A stretch of DNA of 41,933 nt from Clostridia bacterium (GTDB taxonomy: Bacteria > Bacillota > Clostridia > UMGS1883): the NCBI GenBank assembly GCA_017547445.1, contig JAFYPR010000033.1, positions 1-41,933 of the forward strand. Direction: 5' to 3'. Both the position numbers and the translations under genes were made by a program. The notes under the pieces were generated by a model that did no database searches, was not told the DNA's origin, and saw only the letters and a list, made by a program, of their open reading frames with translations. Positions 27,888-36,312 of this stretch are shown in pieces; within the stretch, counting starts at the first letter, position 1; every line of letters starts with the position of its first letter.

Positions 27888-29615
27888 ATGAAAACAGCAA
27901 TTAAAATTTTAAAGGCGGCAAAGAAGTATCATATTTATCTTTACATCACCGCCATTGCCACAATATTGAATTCGGTTTTGTCCCTCTACACCCCAAGGCT
28001 TATTTCAAGCCTTGTAAATTTAATTGCAGAGGATGCAACCCGTCTTCCCACCGAGGCACCCCGTCTTGCTCTTATTTTTCTTCTGATAGCCTTCGGCATT
28101 TTTGTAACACAGGCAATAAAGGTTTACGTGAGCCATTATGCCGCATGGAGCTTTGTTGAAGAATTGCGCAACAAGCTCTATGACCACATCCAGCGCCTGT
28201 CCCCGGGCTACTTTTCCGATAAGCAGACAGGTCAGCTGATGAGCCGTGTAATAAACGATACACTTACAATGGAGCTTTTCACCGCCCATTGCGCACCCGA
28301 CATTTTAGCACATTCCGTAATGTTTTTCGGTGTTATCATAATGCTTTTATCTATGAATGTGCGCCTTGCCGTCTATGCAATTTTAACACTTCCCGTAGTG
28401 GGCGTTTGTGTATGGTTTTATGCAAAAAAGGTGCGCCCCTTATTCAATAACCGTCACCAGACGGTTGCCGAAATCAACGGCACACTTCAGGACAACTTCT
28501 CAGGCGTAAAGGAAATACAGATTTTCAACTGTCAGGACAGAGAAAGAGACCGTTTTGCCGAAAAAACTCATCAGTACACACACCTTACCATGAAAGCCTT
28601 TGAAAAAAGCAGTATTGTTCACCCCTTCATAGGCTTTCTCAATCAGCTTGGCACCGTGCTTGTAATAGGCATAGGCGGTATTATGGCAGCAAAAGGCGAA
28701 ATTGATGCAGGTGAGGTTGTGGCATTTCTTCTCTACCTCTCCTCGCTTTATGCACCTATAAATTCCCTTGCCCGTACAAATGAGGATTTGCAGGACTCTC
28801 TGGCAGCAGGCGAGCGTATTTTCAATATGCTTGAAGTCAGAAGCGATGTTTCCGACAAGGAAGGCGCAATAACCATAGGCAGAGCAAAGGGCGAAATCGA
28901 ATTTAAAAACGTGTCCTTCTCCTATAACGATTCCACCGAGGTTTTATCGGGCTTCTCACTTAAAATCAATGAAGGCGAAACTATCGCTCTCGTTGGCTCA
29001 ACAGGTGTAGGCAAAACAACCCTTGCTTCCCTTATAACCCGTTTTTACGACCCCACAGCAGGCTCTGTTACCCTTGATGGCGTAGATTTAAGGGATATGA
29101 CACTTCACTCCCTTCACGAAAACATATCAATGGTATTGCAGGATGTTTTCCTCTTCCACGGCACAGTAAGTGAAAATATCCGCTACGGTGCACCTGATGC
29201 AACCGATGAAGAGGTTAAAAACGCTGCCGCTCTTGCCAATGCAGACGGCTTTATAACAGAGCTCGAGCATGGCTATGACACAATCGTAGGCGAAAGAGGT
29301 GTAAGGCTCTCAGGCGGTCAGAAGCAGAGAATAGCCATTGCCCGTGCAATCCTCAGAAACCGTCCCATACTTATTTTAGACGAGGCAACAAGTGCAGTAG
29401 ATAACCGCACCGAGCGTCTTATCCATAAGGCAATAGATACAGTTATCGAAAACCGCACAACAATTATCATTGCCCACCGTCTTTCCACAATAAAAAATGC
29501 CGATAAGATTGTTGTTATCGAAAACGGCACAGTAAAAGAAATGGGCAGCCATGAAGAATTGCTCGAATTAAACGGCGCATATAAGAAGCTATACGAAACA
29601 GGCTTAAATGCATAA
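27888..29615 (+). CDS. ABC exporter, fused permease/ATPase (MsbA/type I exporter-like)
   Basis: N-terminal six-helix TMD. Walker A 'GSTGVGKTT', signature 'LSGGQKQR', Walker B 'ILILDEATS'. Confidence 0.9.
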   Translation: MKTAIKILKAAKKYHIYLYITAIATILNSVLSLYTPRLISSLVNLIAEDATRLPTEAPRLALIFLLIAFGIFVTQAIKVYVSHYAAWSFVEELRNKLYDHIQRLSPGYFSDKQTGQLMSRVINDTLTMELFTAHCAPDILAHSVMFFGVIIMLLSMNVRLAVYAILTLPVVGVCVWFYAKKVRPLFNNRHQTVAEINGTLQDNFSGVKEIQIFNCQDRERDRFAEKTHQYTHLTMKAFEKSSIVHPFIGFLNQLGTVLVIGIGGIMAAKGEIDAGEVVAFLLYLSSLYAPINSLARTNEDLQDSLAAGERIFNMLEVRSDVSDKEGAITIGRAKGEIEFKNVSFSYNDSTEVLSGFSLKINEGETIALVGSTGVGKTTLASLITRFYDPTAGSVTLDGVDLRDMTLHSLHENISMVLQDVFLFHGTVSENIRYGAPDATDEEVKNAAALANADGFITELEHGYDTIVGERGVRLSGGQKQRIAIARAILRNRPILILDEATSAVDNRTERLIHKAIDTVIENRTTIIIAHRLSTIKNADKIVVIENGTVKEMGSHEELLELNGAYKKLYETGLNA

Positions 29616-29616
29616 T

Positions 29617-29645
29617 AAAAATCCACTGCAGTGCAGTGGATTTTT
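29617..29645. terminator. Bidirectional terminator between the ABC exporter and the convergent SBP gene
   Basis: Palindrome aaaaatccactgc-agt-gcagtggattttt. Confidence 0.85.
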
Positions 29646-29647
29646 AT

Positions 29648-31762
29648 TTATTCTATTACAACTTCAATCTTCTCTTCACTTCTGTTTCCTACAAAGTCTT
29701 CGACGTAAATTGTAACAGGGTATGTACCCTCAATTGTTACGTCAAGCTCACTTACATCAGCCGTTACAAAGTTTCTCAGATCAACTCCCGTAACATCCTC
29801 TGCCTTTTCACAGAAATGGTTAAACCAGTTAACAGTACTTGTGTCAACCTCCTTCTTTAAAGGAGCAAACTCACTCTTTAAAACAAGAGTCGGAGCCGTA
29901 GCACTGTTTTCATCATAAATGTAAACCGAGAATTTTCTCTCAATGGTGTTATCATAAGAGTCTGTCAGCTTTACTGCCAGAGCGTCCGTATATGCCCCCG
30001 TGGCATTAAAGTCAATAAGGGATGCATCAACACTCATTTTTCCCTCTTCAAAGTCGTAAATCTTCGCCTCTTCCTCCTCGCTTTCTTCAAGGGAAGGATT
30101 AGCCTTTACAAGCAGCTTTCCGTTTTCAGTCTTTATATCATATGTACCGTCAACATTGTCGCTTGCGGTGAAATATTCTGCCCAGTCGATACTCTTCTCA
30201 TCTGTTCCCTGAGCAAATACGATGGGCACATTTGCATTTTTAAGTCCCACAGAGGGAGCAACTGCATCAAGAGCCTCCGCCGCTTTAAGGGATTTACCGA
30301 TTGTGTCAATCCTGTCATAAAGTGAAGCCTTCTTCGCCTTGATAGCCGCCGCATACTTGGGTGAGCCTGCCACACCGTAAACACTGTCACCGAATATACC
30401 GCCGTATGAGCCCATAACACCCATGTTTTCAGAAAATTCATTAGCCTTTAATCCGCCAATCATCTCAAAAACCTTAAGATTATCATCACCGATTTCAGGA
30501 TGGAAAATATCTATACCGAACACAATTGCCTCACTGGGAGCCATAGTTTCACGATACTCAGCTATAGTTTCTGTTCTGCCCATATTCTTATAAAGCTCTT
30601 CTGTATAAAGAACATATGCCTGTACCGCAAGACGGCTTTCTTCATAATCAAAGCCACGGAGAAGACCTATAGCATCACAGGCGGGCTTACAGATACGGTA
30701 TTTGCTTGCGCCTTCAACATATTCCTCACCTGTAAAGGGAATATCATCGGGACGGGGCCAGAAAATAATACCCATACTTTCGCCTCTTGCGGCAAGCACA
30801 TTACTTGCACCGCCCATTCTCCATCTTGCCATATGTGTAAATACAGATTCGCCGTTTCTGAAATAGCCGTCAATACCTGTACCGCCGTTCCAGGAACCCT
30901 GACCGAAAACTGCCGCAGAGCAGCTTACAAGACCACGTGTCATCAACGAATCAAGATGCTCTGCCGCCGCAATTGCCTCAGGCGTATCAACATTCAATGC
31001 ATTACCGTCATAAATTGCAGCACCGTTAGAGTGCAGCGCCATCTGTATAGCATAAACGTACTGAGTGTTAAAGGGTACAATTTCGTTACCTGCAACACCT
31101 TTTTTACCCGAATAATATCTTTGGATCTTGGTGAGATAATCTTCAAATACGCTCCATGTCCACTTTCCCTCACGGTACAAATCATAAGGATAAATGGTTC
31201 TGCCGTTTTCATCCTTCAAATCGGGCACTGCCTCAATAAGGTTAATGTTGAAAACCATAGGCCAGTCCGTAACATAAATAAGGTCACGTTCCATAAAGTA
31301 GTGATTACCGAATACGGGAGGCATCACAATCCACTCTGCATCGGGATGCTCAAACACGTCAAGATAAGGGTCTAGAGGCTGCAACACATTCTGTGTAAGA
31401 ACAGTTGCCTGAGCCGAGCCTGACAAAACCGCCATGTGAGCATAGGGGTCACCTGCAAGAACTGTCTGCAGACAGTCACGGGTAGAGCCGTTAACCCATG
31501 CCTTCCACTTTATATCAACACCCAATTCCTCTTTAACCGTATTGAGTGCCTTAACACCCGCCAGCCTCTTGTCGGGTGCTACGGTATATTCACCCGTAAT
31601 GGGGTCTTTGTAATGAGGGTCAATCTCCGGGATATAGTGGTGACCTATGTAGATAGTGTCAGCAACGGCATCGACAGCTTCTTCTGCATGATTTGCGCAG
31701 CCTGATAAAAGAGCAATAACCATTATACTCATTACCGCTGCTGATATAATACGTTTTTTCAT
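29648..31762 (-). CDS. Extracellular solute-binding-protein-like lipoprotein with C-terminal Ig-like domains
   Basis: Lipobox 'ALLSGC' after a signal peptide, then an SBP-like body. The C-terminal ~200 aa include a 'GTYPVTIYVEDFVGN' Ig-like (DUF5011/Big-type) segment. Start is ATG 31762, preceded by AAGGATGGAG. Confidence 0.7.
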   Translation of the reverse strand: MKKRIISAAVMSIMVIALLSGCANHAEEAVDAVADTIYIGHHYIPEIDPHYKDPITGEYTVAPDKRLAGVKALNTVKEELGVDIKWKAWVNGSTRDCLQTVLAGDPYAHMAVLSGSAQATVLTQNVLQPLDPYLDVFEHPDAEWIVMPPVFGNHYFMERDLIYVTDWPMVFNINLIEAVPDLKDENGRTIYPYDLYREGKWTWSVFEDYLTKIQRYYSGKKGVAGNEIVPFNTQYVYAIQMALHSNGAAIYDGNALNVDTPEAIAAAEHLDSLMTRGLVSCSAAVFGQGSWNGGTGIDGYFRNGESVFTHMARWRMGGASNVLAARGESMGIIFWPRPDDIPFTGEEYVEGASKYRICKPACDAIGLLRGFDYEESRLAVQAYVLYTEELYKNMGRTETIAEYRETMAPSEAIVFGIDIFHPEIGDDNLKVFEMIGGLKANEFSENMGVMGSYGGIFGDSVYGVAGSPKYAAAIKAKKASLYDRIDTIGKSLKAAEALDAVAPSVGLKNANVPIVFAQGTDEKSIDWAEYFTASDNVDGTYDIKTENGKLLVKANPSLEESEEEEAKIYDFEEGKMSVDASLIDFNATGAYTDALAVKLTDSYDNTIERKFSVYIYDENSATAPTLVLKSEFAPLKKEVDTSTVNWFNHFCEKAEDVTGVDLRNFVTADVSELDVTIEGTYPVTIYVEDFVGNRSEEKIEVVIE

Positions 31763-31897
31763 TTTCTCCATCCTTTCAGAAATACCACACATTTCTATTT
31801 ATTATATCATACCATTTTTTTATATTTTTGTAAATACAAAATCATTGCGATTTTATATTCAATATATTTCATTTTTGTTAAATTTCACAACAACCTA

Positions 31898-31926
31898 TTG
31901 CATGTCCCCGGAATTAATTGTATAAT
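31898..31926 (+). promoter_or_regulatory. Sigma-70-type promoter of hpf
   Basis: TTGCAT (31898-31903), 17-nt spacer ending in TG, TATAAT (31921-31926). Confidence 0.75.
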
Positions 31927-31974
31927 ATATACAAAGAAGGGTAATCCTTCTTAAAGATACAAGGAGGCTACTGT

Positions 31975-32499
31975 ATGAAGATTACTATCACAACAAGGAA
32001 GACATTCGTTAACGAAATCGACAAAGGCATGATCGAAAAGAAAATCGGCAAGCTTGCAAAATTTTTCAGTGATGATGCAGAGGCAACTGTTACAGTCTCC
32101 TCTCAGAAGAACGATAAAATCGTAGAAGTGACAATCTTTGCAAACGGTCTTGTTTACCGTGCAGAAGAGCGTAATGAAGATATACTTGACGCAGTGGACA
32201 AGGCTGAGGTTGCAATCGACCGTCAGATAAGACGCAACAAAACCCGTCTTGAGAAAAATCTCCGCCGTGAAGCCTTAACCGTTCAGGTTGAAGAAGCGCC
32301 CGTTGAAGAGGAAAAGGAGTTTAACATCATCCGCACAAAGACTCATTCCTTAAAGCCCATGAGCGCAGAGGAAGCAATACTTCAGATGAACCTTATCGGT
32401 CACGAGTTTTTCATATTCCTGAATGCGGAAACAGATTCCACCGATATTGTATATAAGAGAAAGGACGGTAACTACGGTCTTATCGAAACAAAATTATGA
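31975..32499 (+). CDS. hpf: Ribosome hibernation-promoting factor (long HPF/RaiA type)
   Basis: 174 aa with an N-terminal S30AE-like domain and the C-terminal dimerisation domain 'KPMSAEEAILQMNLIGHEFFIFLNAET'. Confidence 0.9.
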   Translation: MKITITTRKTFVNEIDKGMIEKKIGKLAKFFSDDAEATVTVSSQKNDKIVEVTIFANGLVYRAEERNEDILDAVDKAEVAIDRQIRRNKTRLEKNLRREALTVQVEEAPVEEEKEFNIIRTKTHSLKPMSAEEAILQMNLIGHEFFIFLNAETDSTDIVYKRKDGNYGLIETKL

Positions 32500-33077
32500 T
32501 AAACATTAAAGAAGCGATTATTGTTGAAGGGAAATACGATAAAATAAAGCTTCAGAAAATATGCGATGCGTTAATTATCACAACTGACGGCTTCCGCATA
32601 TTCAAGGACCGTGACAAACGTGAATTTTTAAAAGCCCTTGCCCAAAGGCAGGGGCTTTTAATTCTCACGGACTCTGACCGTGCGGGCTTTGTTATAAGAA
32701 GCCATTTAAAAAGCTTTATCCCCTCTGAACAGATAAAAAACATATACATTCCCGACATCCCCGGCAAGGAAAAAAGAAAGGATAAGCCTTCAAAGGAAGG
32801 ACTTTTAGGTGTCGAAGGCATTGACGAAGAAATTCTCACCTCTCTTTTAAGGGATGCAGATGCCGAATTTTTGAAAAAAACTGACCCGATTACAAAATCC
32901 GACTTGTATTCCTTAGGCTTATCGGGACAGGAAGGCAGCAGCATCCTCCGCAAGGCTCTTATAAAGGAGCTTGCCCTCCCCTCCCGTTTAAGTGCCAACT
33001 CACTTTTGGAAATTTTAAATTCAGCATATACCCGTGAAGAGTTTTTCAAATTCTGCGAAAAATTTAATGAAGACTAA
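32496..33077 (+). CDS. rnmV: Toprim-domain ribonuclease M5-like protein
   Basis: 'IKEAIIVEGKYDKIKL' and 'LLILTDSDRAGFVIR' match the RNase M5 Toprim pattern. It has an ATGA overlap with hpf. Confidence 0.65.
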   Translation: MINIKEAIIVEGKYDKIKLQKICDALIITTDGFRIFKDRDKREFLKALAQRQGLLILTDSDRAGFVIRSHLKSFIPSEQIKNIYIPDIPGKEKRKDKPSKEGLLGVEGIDEEILTSLLRDADAEFLKKTDPITKSDLYSLGLSGQEGSSILRKALIKELALPSRLSANSLLEILNSAYTREEFFKFCEKFNED

Positions 33078-33105
33078 AAAAGAGCCTTTCGGCTCTTTTT
33101 TAGTC
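33072..33105. terminator. Bidirectional terminator containing both convergent stop codons
   Basis: Perfect 15-bp palindrome gactaaaaaagagcc-tttc-ggctcttttttagtc. The stops at 33075-33077 (+) and 33100-33102 (-) lie inside the stem. Confidence 0.85.
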
Positions 33106-33399
33106 TTCAAAATTAAATTCGTCCTTATACTTTTCCTTGAACGCTTCAAATACGGCAGTTAAGGTTTCGTCATCCTCAACAGGAGCGTAAACGTCTTCCT
33201 CGTCGTTCAATTCTTCCAAAAGCATGATAACCACTTCATTATCATCGGGAGGAAGCATTACAGCATAGCTGTCGCCCTCATAGTCGATAACATCTAAAAG
33301 CTCAAGCTGAATTTCGTCGCCGTCTTCATCATAGAGGGAAACCATCTCAGGCTCATATTCTTCCATGTTCATATCTTCATTGTTGTTGATATCTGCCAT
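33100..33399 (-). CDS. DUF1292 (UPF0473) family acidic protein
   Basis: 99 aa, highly acidic, with 'DEDGDEIQLELLDVIDYEGDSYAVMLP' typical of DUF1292. Confidence 0.8.
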   Translation of the reverse strand: MADINNNEDMNMEEYEPEMVSLYDEDGDEIQLELLDVIDYEGDSYAVMLPPDDNEVVIMLLEELNDEEDVYAPVEDDETLTAVFEAFKEKYKDEFNFED

Positions 33400-33473
33400 T
33401 TCAAAAACTCCTTTACAAATTGTGATACCACAATTATATATAAAGTTTTTCTAAATGTCAACCCACAACCGGG

Positions 33474-33516
33474 CCTTCCTCCCCGAGGAAGGTGTCAGCG
33501 CAGCTGACGGAAGGAG
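33474..33516. repeat. Two-hairpin repeat unit, copy S (downstream of sleB)
   Basis: ccttcct-ccccg-aggaagg, then t, then gtcagc-gca-gctgac, then ggaaggag. It is collinear with copy T at 34276-34318. Confidence 0.8.
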
Positions 33517-33549
33517 TGAAAGCCCACTGTCCCCAATGGTCGTGGACGT

Positions 33550-34206
33550 CTAACTACAGAACACGTGTTTTCCAATCGTTAATATAATCGGTCTTGATCT
33601 TATCCACTTATTTGTTGCAGTAACAGGGTTATAATAATAAATCGCACCGCCTGTGGGGTCCCATCCGTTCAAGGCATCTCTTGCGGCTCTTTCACAGCTT
33701 GATGTCATTGCCGCATCAATCTGCCCGTCGTCAACTGCGGTAAATGCCCCGGGCTGATATACAACCCCTGCCACGGTATTGGGAAAGGACGGATGCTTAA
33801 CACGGTTTAAAATAACCGCACCTACTGCCACCTGCCCCGAATAAGGCTCACCGCGTGCCTCGCCGTTAATGGCTCTCGCCAGAAGATACACATCGTTATT
33901 CGAGGCAGAAGATGATGAAGAAGATGAAATCCCCATAGCCTTCAAGGTTGCACTTCCCGCAATGCCGTCAGGCGTAAGGTTGTTTTTCCTCTGAAATTCC
34001 TTCACGGCCTTTTGGGTTGCACTGCCGTACTTTCCGTCAACTGCACCTTTGTAGTAGCCCCAGTTTTTTAACTTAGTCTGTATTTTTGTAACCTCACTGC
34101 CCGTGGAGCCTATTCTGGATAAAGCATCCCGGGATTTCAGATTGTAAAAAATACTTCCCGACAAAAGCAATGTACTCAGCAAAACAAAACACAATATTTT
34201 TTTCAT
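33550..34206 (-). CDS. sleB: SleB-type cell-wall hydrolase with a peptidoglycan-binding domain
   Basis: PG_binding_1 'VTKIQTKLKNWGYYKGAVDGKYGSATQKAVKEFQ' plus hydrolase_2 'LLARAINGEARGEPYSGQVAVGAVILNRV'. Start is ATG 34206, 10 nt after AAGGAGG. Confidence 0.85.
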   Translation of the reverse strand: MKKILCFVLLSTLLLSGSIFYNLKSRDALSRIGSTGSEVTKIQTKLKNWGYYKGAVDGKYGSATQKAVKEFQRKNNLTPDGIAGSATLKAMGISSSSSSSASNNDVYLLARAINGEARGEPYSGQVAVGAVILNRVKHPSFPNTVAGVVYQPGAFTAVDDGQIDAAMTSSCERAARDALNGWDPTGGAIYYYNPVTATNKWIRSRPIILTIGKHVFCS

Positions 34207-34213
34207 TACCAAA

Positions 34214-34253
34214 AAACCTCCTTTGCAGGTATTCTTTACTGCAAAGGAGGTTT
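34214..34253 (-). terminator. 15-bp hairpin that is both the thrS terminator and a structure sequestering the sleB Shine-Dalgarno
   Basis: Minus strand: aaacctcctttgcag - 10-nt loop - ctgcaaaggaggttt, followed by ttt. The 3' arm contains the sleB AAGGAGG. Confidence 0.7.
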
Positions 34254-34275
34254 CTATTCAATCTTTTCATTATAG

Positions 34276-34318
34276 GCTCCCTCTCCGAGGGAGCTGTCGC
34301 CAAAGGCGACTGAAGGAG
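34276..34318. repeat. Two-hairpin repeat unit, copy T (abutting the thrS stop codon)
   Basis: gctccct-ctccg-agggagc, then t, then gtcgcc-aaa-ggcgac, then tgaaggag. Confidence 0.8.
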
Positions 34319-36256
34319 TTATCTTGTTCTGTTTGCGATTTCATCCATAAGAGAGATAATGAAGTCATTAACCTTCATACTTCCCTTGTCGCCTTCCTTA
34401 CGGCTTCTCACGGCTACTGCGCCCTCTTCCATTTCCTTATCGCCAACAACAAGCATATACGGCACCTTTTCAAGCTGAGCTTCACGAATCTTGTAACCAA
34501 TCTTTTCGCTTCTGTCATCAACCTCGCTTCTGATACCCATGTTGATAAGGCGGCTGTTCAATTCACGGCAGTATTCCCTGTGACCTTCACCGATGGGTAA
34601 AAGCTTAACCTGTACGGGAGCCATCCATGTGGGGAATGCACCTGCATACTTTTCAATAAGAAGAGCAAGTGTTCTTTCGTAGCAGCCGATGCTTGTACGG
34701 TGGATAATATAAGGATGCTTCTTTGTGCCGTCAGTATCCGTATAAACCATACCGAACTTTTCTGCAAGCATCTGGTCAATCTGGATTGTGATAAGAGTAT
34801 CTTCCTTGCCGTGAACATTCTTAATCTGAATATCAAGCTTAGGACCGTAAAAAGCCGCTTCGCCGATACCTACAGCATAGGGAATTTCAAGATGGTCAAG
34901 GATTTTCTTCATCATGCCCTGAGCTTCATCCCACTGCTCATCAGTACCGATATACTTTTCTCTGTCCTCGGGGTCCCACTGACTGAAGCGGTAAGAAACG
35001 TCCTCATAAAGGCCAAGAGTCTTTAACATGAAAATCGCCAATTCAAGACAGCTCTTGAATTCATCCTCTAACTGCTCGGGTGTACACATAAGGTGACCCT
35101 CAGAAATTGTAAACTGTCTTACTCTGATAAGTCCGTGCATTTCGCCACTTGCTTCGTTACGGAAAAGCGTACTTGTTTCGCCGTAACGGAGGGGCAAATC
35201 ACGGTACGAGCGTGCACGGTTAAGATATGCCTGATACTGGAAGGGGCAAGTCATGGGACGGAGTGCAAACACCTCGTCGTCCTTTTCCTCGTCGCCAAGG
35301 ACGAACATACCGTCCTTATAATGATCCCAGTGACCGGAAATCTTATACAAATCGCTCTTTGCCATAAGAGGAGTCTTCGTTCTCATCCAGCCACGCTTTG
35401 CTTCTTCGTCTTCGACAAATCTCTGAAGTGTCTGCATAATTGCAACACCCTTAGGAAGCATAATGGGAAGACCCTGACCGATATATTCGCTTGTTGTAAA
35501 GAGCTCAAGCTCACGACCCAATTTATTATGGTCTCTCTTTTTAGCTTCTTCAACCTGAGCTAAATACTCTTCCATTTCATCCTTCTTTGTGAAAGCAGTT
35601 GCATAAATACGGGTAAGCATCTTGTTCTTTTCGCTGCCTCTCCAGTAAGCACCTGCAGTGGAAGTAATCTTAAACGCCTTGATAACGCCTGTCTTAGGCA
35701 CATGAGGACCTGCACAAAGGTCAGTAAAATCGCCCTGCTTGTAGAAGGAAATAATGCTGTCCTCGGGCAAATCGTTAATCAATTCAACCTTGTAAGGCTC
35801 ATTTGCTTCTTCCATGAGCTTAACAGCTTCCTCTCTGGGCAGTTCAAAGCGCACGATGGGAAGATTTTCCTTAACAATCTTCTTCATTTCAGCTTCAATC
35901 TTTGCTAAATCCTCGGGAGAAAAGCCCTTGTCCAGATCAAAGTCGTAGTAAAAACCGTTTTCAATAGCGGGGCCTATAGCTAACTTCGCCTCGGGGAAAA
36001 TTCTCTTAACAGCCTGAGCGAGCACATGGCTTGCGCTGTGGCGGAGAGTATTCTTACCCTCGGGAGTGTCAAAACCTTTGAATTCAACGGTTGCATCAGT
36101 GGTAAGGGTTTCAAACAAACCTACCGTTTCTCCGTCTTTGGTTGCACAGAGCACATTCCTTGCTAATCCTTCGGAAATGCTTTTCGCAATGTCCATATAA
36201 GTGATGGGTGCTTCAAATTCACGCACATCATCACGCAATGTAACTTTAATTACCAT
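34319..36256 (-). CDS. thrS: Threonine--tRNA ligase
   Basis: An N-terminal TGS-like domain, a class II core and an anticodon-binding domain. Start is ATG 36256, 9 nt after AAGGAG. The track start at 36265 is a TTG. Confidence 0.95.
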   Translation of the reverse strand: MVIKVTLRDDVREFEAPITYMDIAKSISEGLARNVLCATKDGETVGLFETLTTDATVEFKGFDTPEGKNTLRHSASHVLAQAVKRIFPEAKLAIGPAIENGFYYDFDLDKGFSPEDLAKIEAEMKKIVKENLPIVRFELPREEAVKLMEEANEPYKVELINDLPEDSIISFYKQGDFTDLCAGPHVPKTGVIKAFKITSTAGAYWRGSEKNKMLTRIYATAFTKKDEMEEYLAQVEEAKKRDHNKLGRELELFTTSEYIGQGLPIMLPKGVAIMQTLQRFVEDEEAKRGWMRTKTPLMAKSDLYKISGHWDHYKDGMFVLGDEEKDDEVFALRPMTCPFQYQAYLNRARSYRDLPLRYGETSTLFRNEASGEMHGLIRVRQFTISEGHLMCTPEQLEDEFKSCLELAIFMLKTLGLYEDVSYRFSQWDPEDREKYIGTDEQWDEAQGMMKKILDHLEIPYAVGIGEAAFYGPKLDIQIKNVHGKEDTLITIQIDQMLAEKFGMVYTDTDGTKKHPYIIHRTSIGCYERTLALLIEKYAGAFPTWMAPVQVKLLPIGEGHREYCRELNSRLINMGIRSEVDDRSEKIGYKIREAQLEKVPYMLVVGDKEMEEGAVAVRSRKEGDKGSMKVNDFIISLMDEIANRTR

Positions 36257-36312
36257 ACTGATCAACTCCTTGAAAAAATATTATTTATCCTATTTATTTT
36301 ATCCCTTTACGC

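Noticed and set aside
30500-31375. Long antisense ORFs inside well-supported genes (for example 30500-31375, 25887-26357, 12655-13194, 8793-9275, 7793-8296, 6380-6895, 32552-33049, 35093-35563)
   Set aside because: They lie opposite or out of frame within genes that have clear family signatures. They have low-complexity or Cys/Ser-rich compositions typical of shadow frames, and no RBS.
33509-33587. SD-like GAAGGAG at the end of repeat copy S, followed by GTG 33516 and a ~23-codon frame
   Set aside because: The GTG overlaps the last base of the SD-like string, leaving no spacer. The frame runs into the convergent sleB 3' end, and the same GAAGGAG in copy T has no downstream ORF. The string is more likely a structural part of the repeat.
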